This document shows positions 34,200 to 34,255 of a stretch of DNA of 34,255 bases, one piece after another. Numbering within the stretch: the stretch's first letter is position 1; the number at the start of each line of letters is the position of its first letter. A program made the translations under genes and the position numbers. Below the pieces are notes generated by a model. The model searched no databases. It worked only from the letters and a program-made list of their open reading frames with translations, and was not told where the DNA came from. Source of the stretch: Octopus bimaculoides (Eukaryota); assembly GCF_001194135.2 (NCBI RefSeq), contig NC_068990.1:8932758-8967012 (forward strand). The letters run 5' to 3'.

Positions 34200-34255
<56 letters not shown>
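34200..34255. repeat. (GT)n microsatellite, runs off the window end
   Basis: Directly visible. Confidence 0.99.

Overview
AT-rich, repeat-dense eukaryotic DNA with several N gaps. The microsatellite load and SINE families suggest a coleoid cephalopod, probably Octopus (inferred from recalled repeat families). I found no intact, recognisable protein-coding gene, rRNA, tRNA or CRISPR array. Well supported: (i) four decayed copies of R4/Dong-type non-LTR retrotransposons (RT, CCHC finger, restriction-like endonuclease), three of them stacked head-to-tail in AAT microsatellites at 8.3-11.4 kb; (ii) Tc1 and mariner transposase relics and a mariner-derived MITE; (iii) many tRNA-derived SINE copies from two families that share a 3' hairpin module, one nested in another; (iv) two further unclassified repeat families; (v) long simple repeats, two of which form perfect palindromes. 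More tentative: a phase-compatible cluster of small minus-strand exons at 17.2-17.7 kb, a heavily decayed LRR-TM-TIR (Toll-like receptor-like) relic at 2.3-6.9 kb, a pre-miRNA-like hairpin at 30.1 kb, and a 33-bp locally templated insertion flanked by an 8-bp direct repeat. I cannot support a claim of a new biological system here. Most ORFs in the supplied track are microsatellite or gap artefacts.
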